A model generated the notes under the pieces. The model ran no database searches. It saw nothing but the letters and a program-made list of their open reading frames with translations, and had not been told where the DNA came from. A DNA stretch of 64,000 nt from a bacterium (lineage in GTDB: Bacteria; UBA8248), in the NCBI GenBank assembly GCA_965207065.1, contig OZ242260.1:96001-160000 (forward strand). Reading direction: 5' to 3'. The position numbers were made by a program, and so were the translations under genes. Shown here in pieces: positions 61,922 to 64,000 of this stretch. The first letter of the stretch is position 1. The number at the start of each line of letters is the position of its first letter.

Positions 61922-62159
61922 GGAATGGAATCCTTACCTCGTCATCAAAAGAAAAGATGCCCTTATCAATGGGCAAACAAGTATGTCAGGTTTGATACAT
62001 TAGTAACACTTTTGGCGCGCGCCCGCAAAAACTCGGGCCTACGGGAGTCAATCGTCGGGATTTGGCCTCACCTGGCGAGGAGCGCGCGGCGTGAGGGCAT
62101 GCAATCTCCCTGCACATTTTTTCTTGACATCTCCCGGCGCATATTTTACTTAGTTCTGC

Positions 62160-63188
62160 ATGCGACACTTTTCACTGATGTCTCTTTTATTACTTTCGCT
62201 TACCGTCGGCTGTGTCGGTGGCGGTGGTTCCCCTCCGCCTCCCATCCCGGCGCCGGCACTCATGCCCACTCCCCAACCGTTTCGAACGCAGACGACCTTC
62301 GTCGACAACGTCCTCAGTGTTGACGTGCGCTACCACGAAGGCCGCACCCGCACACTCGATACCGTCAGGCATCAGCAAGCCTCATGGGGGCTTTACCTCC
62401 CCCGGCCCTTGCAACCCGGCCATACCAGCCGCGAATGGCTGCTCACGGAAAACCACTACGACGGCAGGATTCTGCTCTACACCGTCGTCGATTGGGATGA
62501 CGACAACCCTGCCGACTACCTCGCGGCCGGATGGTGGCTCGTCTATCCGTCCGGCGCACCCCATTTAGCCGTCGAATACGCCACGCGCGGCGTCTTTGTC
62601 GATGGCCCGGAACTCGACCCCGCCCGACCGCCCGACCTCCCCCTGACCGGCACGGCCACCTACATCGGCGGCGCTGGCGGCCTCTACACGTACAACTACG
62701 GCCGCGACTGGGGCAAGGAGTTGGTCGGTTCTTCCGAGATGACTGAATTCGCGGGGGTTATCGCTTTTACCGCCGACTTCGACAGCAAGCGCATCACCGG
62801 TTGCCTCGGGTGTCTCGAGCCGATCGAGACCTCACCCGGCCGCCACCTCTATCCGATCTTGTCCTGGCGGAGTCCCGATCCCGCATCGTTGCCGTCCGAT
62901 TACGACCTGTACTTTTCCGCATCCTTCAATGCCAAGGGCGCATTCGAGGATACCGCGATCAGCGTCACGCATTCCGAACGCAATATCATGACCTCCGCCG
63001 GGACGTGGCGCGGCCAGTTCTCGAACATACCGGACGTCGACGGCCACCCCCGCCGCGTGGTCGGATCGAGCGATGTTCATTTCGCCGAAGATGATGGCTC
63101 GAGTGGACGCTTTACGGGCATCTTCGATGCGCTTACGCCCGCAACGATCACGCCACCCGATGACGGCAATGTGGGCAATTCGAACTGA
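62160..63188 (+). CDS. Lipoprotein with a TbpB-like barrel, distant member of the A/B family
   Basis: TVGC-VGGGG lipobox; DYLAAGWWL and GTATYIGGAGGLY match A3 motifs; GTWRGQF. Confidence 0.78.
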   Translation: MRHFSLMSLLLLSLTVGCVGGGGSPPPPIPAPALMPTPQPFRTQTTFVDNVLSVDVRYHEGRTRTLDTVRHQQASWGLYLPRPLQPGHTSREWLLTENHYDGRILLYTVVDWDDDNPADYLAAGWWLVYPSGAPHLAVEYATRGVFVDGPELDPARPPDLPLTGTATYIGGAGGLYTYNYGRDWGKELVGSSEMTEFAGVIAFTADFDSKRITGCLGCLEPIETSPGRHLYPILSWRSPDPASLPSDYDLYFSASFNAKGAFEDTAISVTHSERNIMTSAGTWRGQFSNIPDVDGHPRRVVGSSDVHFAEDDGSSGRFTGIFDALTPATITPPDDGNVGNSN

Positions 63189-63523
63189 AGCACACCCCCT
63201 GCGATCAAAACACTCCTTGCCACTGACTGAACTTCGCCCGCACGCACCGCCCACGCGACCACCCATATCCTGAACAATCGCCCCGATGACCAAGGGCGCA
63301 ATTGGACGTGCCCGGCCATCATCCAAATCGGCGCAAACGTCGACCCGTATCCGCCTGTACCTACAGGTGTTGCAATGAATCCGCTTTCGGTTTCATTCAG
63401 CCCTGGAGAAACCCCAGGTTACGACGATTGAATTATTATCTTGAAATTATGATGCGCCAGGCAGAAAAACAGACATGGAGAAATTCACCGAAAAACAAAA
63501 TCCTTCCAAGTCATTGAATTTGT

Positions 63524-63570
63524 TGGTGGAGCTGAGGGGGATCGAACCCCTGACCTCATGACTGCCAGTC
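63524..63570 (-). tRNA. 3' fragment of tRNA-Ala(GGC); probable att duplication, not a full gene
   Basis: Minus strand reads GACTGGCAGTCATGAGGTCAGGGGTTCGATCCCCCTCAGCTCCACCA (anticodon loop, T-arm, acceptor 3' strand, CCA); 5' half absent. Confidence 0.82.
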
Positions 63571-63719
63571 TTGAGATGTGGTATACCGAGCTACAACGAT
63601 AAACCCTTGAAAAACAACTTAAAAGACAATAAATTCAATAAGATAGCAGTGAGTTTAAGTCTTCAAATTTAATCTCTCTACCCCTTTATATATCCTGAAA
63701 TATCTATGTAACAGCCATA

Positions 63720-63743
63720 AAAACGTCCACTAAAACGTCCACT
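63720..63743. repeat. Tandem 12-bp direct repeat, candidate integrase arm-type site
   Basis: AAAACGTCCACT x2, about 150 bp from the tRNA fragment. Confidence 0.5.
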
Positions 63744-64000
63744 CGATTTTCTGATCATCCATATACAAAATTTCAATTTCAGGGGAAGTTTCTACCCTAT
63801 TTTCGACACGATCTAAGGTTTTTTGCACGTAGGAAAAGTAGTAATTCACGCTTAATATCATGTCTGGGCAAAGCGCTCTTCAATGAGACGTTCTCAGCCG
63901 GATAGTGGCGCATCTCTTATGTGCTGAATGACCGGGCTTCTGACAACCCTATTTCAGCAGGATGCGCCGCCTTCTTCAATTCACCCCATACACAAGATCT

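Overview
GC-rich bacterial window, possibly from a host-associated (e.g. sponge-type) symbiont; this is inferred only from gene content such as the long ankyrin protein and the many LLM/TRAP/Mo-hydroxylase genes. It has three zones. (1) 1-33.5 kb is an accessory region. It holds a family of Gly-linker surface lipoproteins with TbpB-like C-terminal barrels, arranged as repeated A-B gene pairs (A1 partial and inverted at the left edge, A2-B1, A3-B2). In these pairs near-identical leaders, signal peptides and spacers alternate with highly divergent bodies. A three-copy covarying structured RNA lies after each complete pair, plus one orphan copy, and its invariant loop is complementary to the A-gene Shine-Dalgarno. 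The zone also has an ankyrin protein, an intact IS1182-family element, many intact or decayed toxin-antitoxin modules, and a dense field of G/C-run palindromic repeats around a DUF559 nuclease and a GT25 glycosyltransferase. (2) 33.5-62 kb holds two catabolic clusters around a LysR regulator. They encode a CoA-transferase, an M20 deacylase, three LLM oxidoreductases, two cysteine-synthase-like enzymes, a Liv-type ABC transporter, an AhpD-like protein with in-frame UGA (CxxU) and a SECIS-like hairpin, a three-subunit Mo-hydroxylase, a flavoprotein, two UbiD enzymes, a cyclase, a TAXI-TRAP transporter and an M24 peptidase. (3) The right end has a sixth lipoprotein-family member and a tRNA-Ala 3' fragment with att-like features. 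All calls come from reading motifs by eye; no database searches were run.
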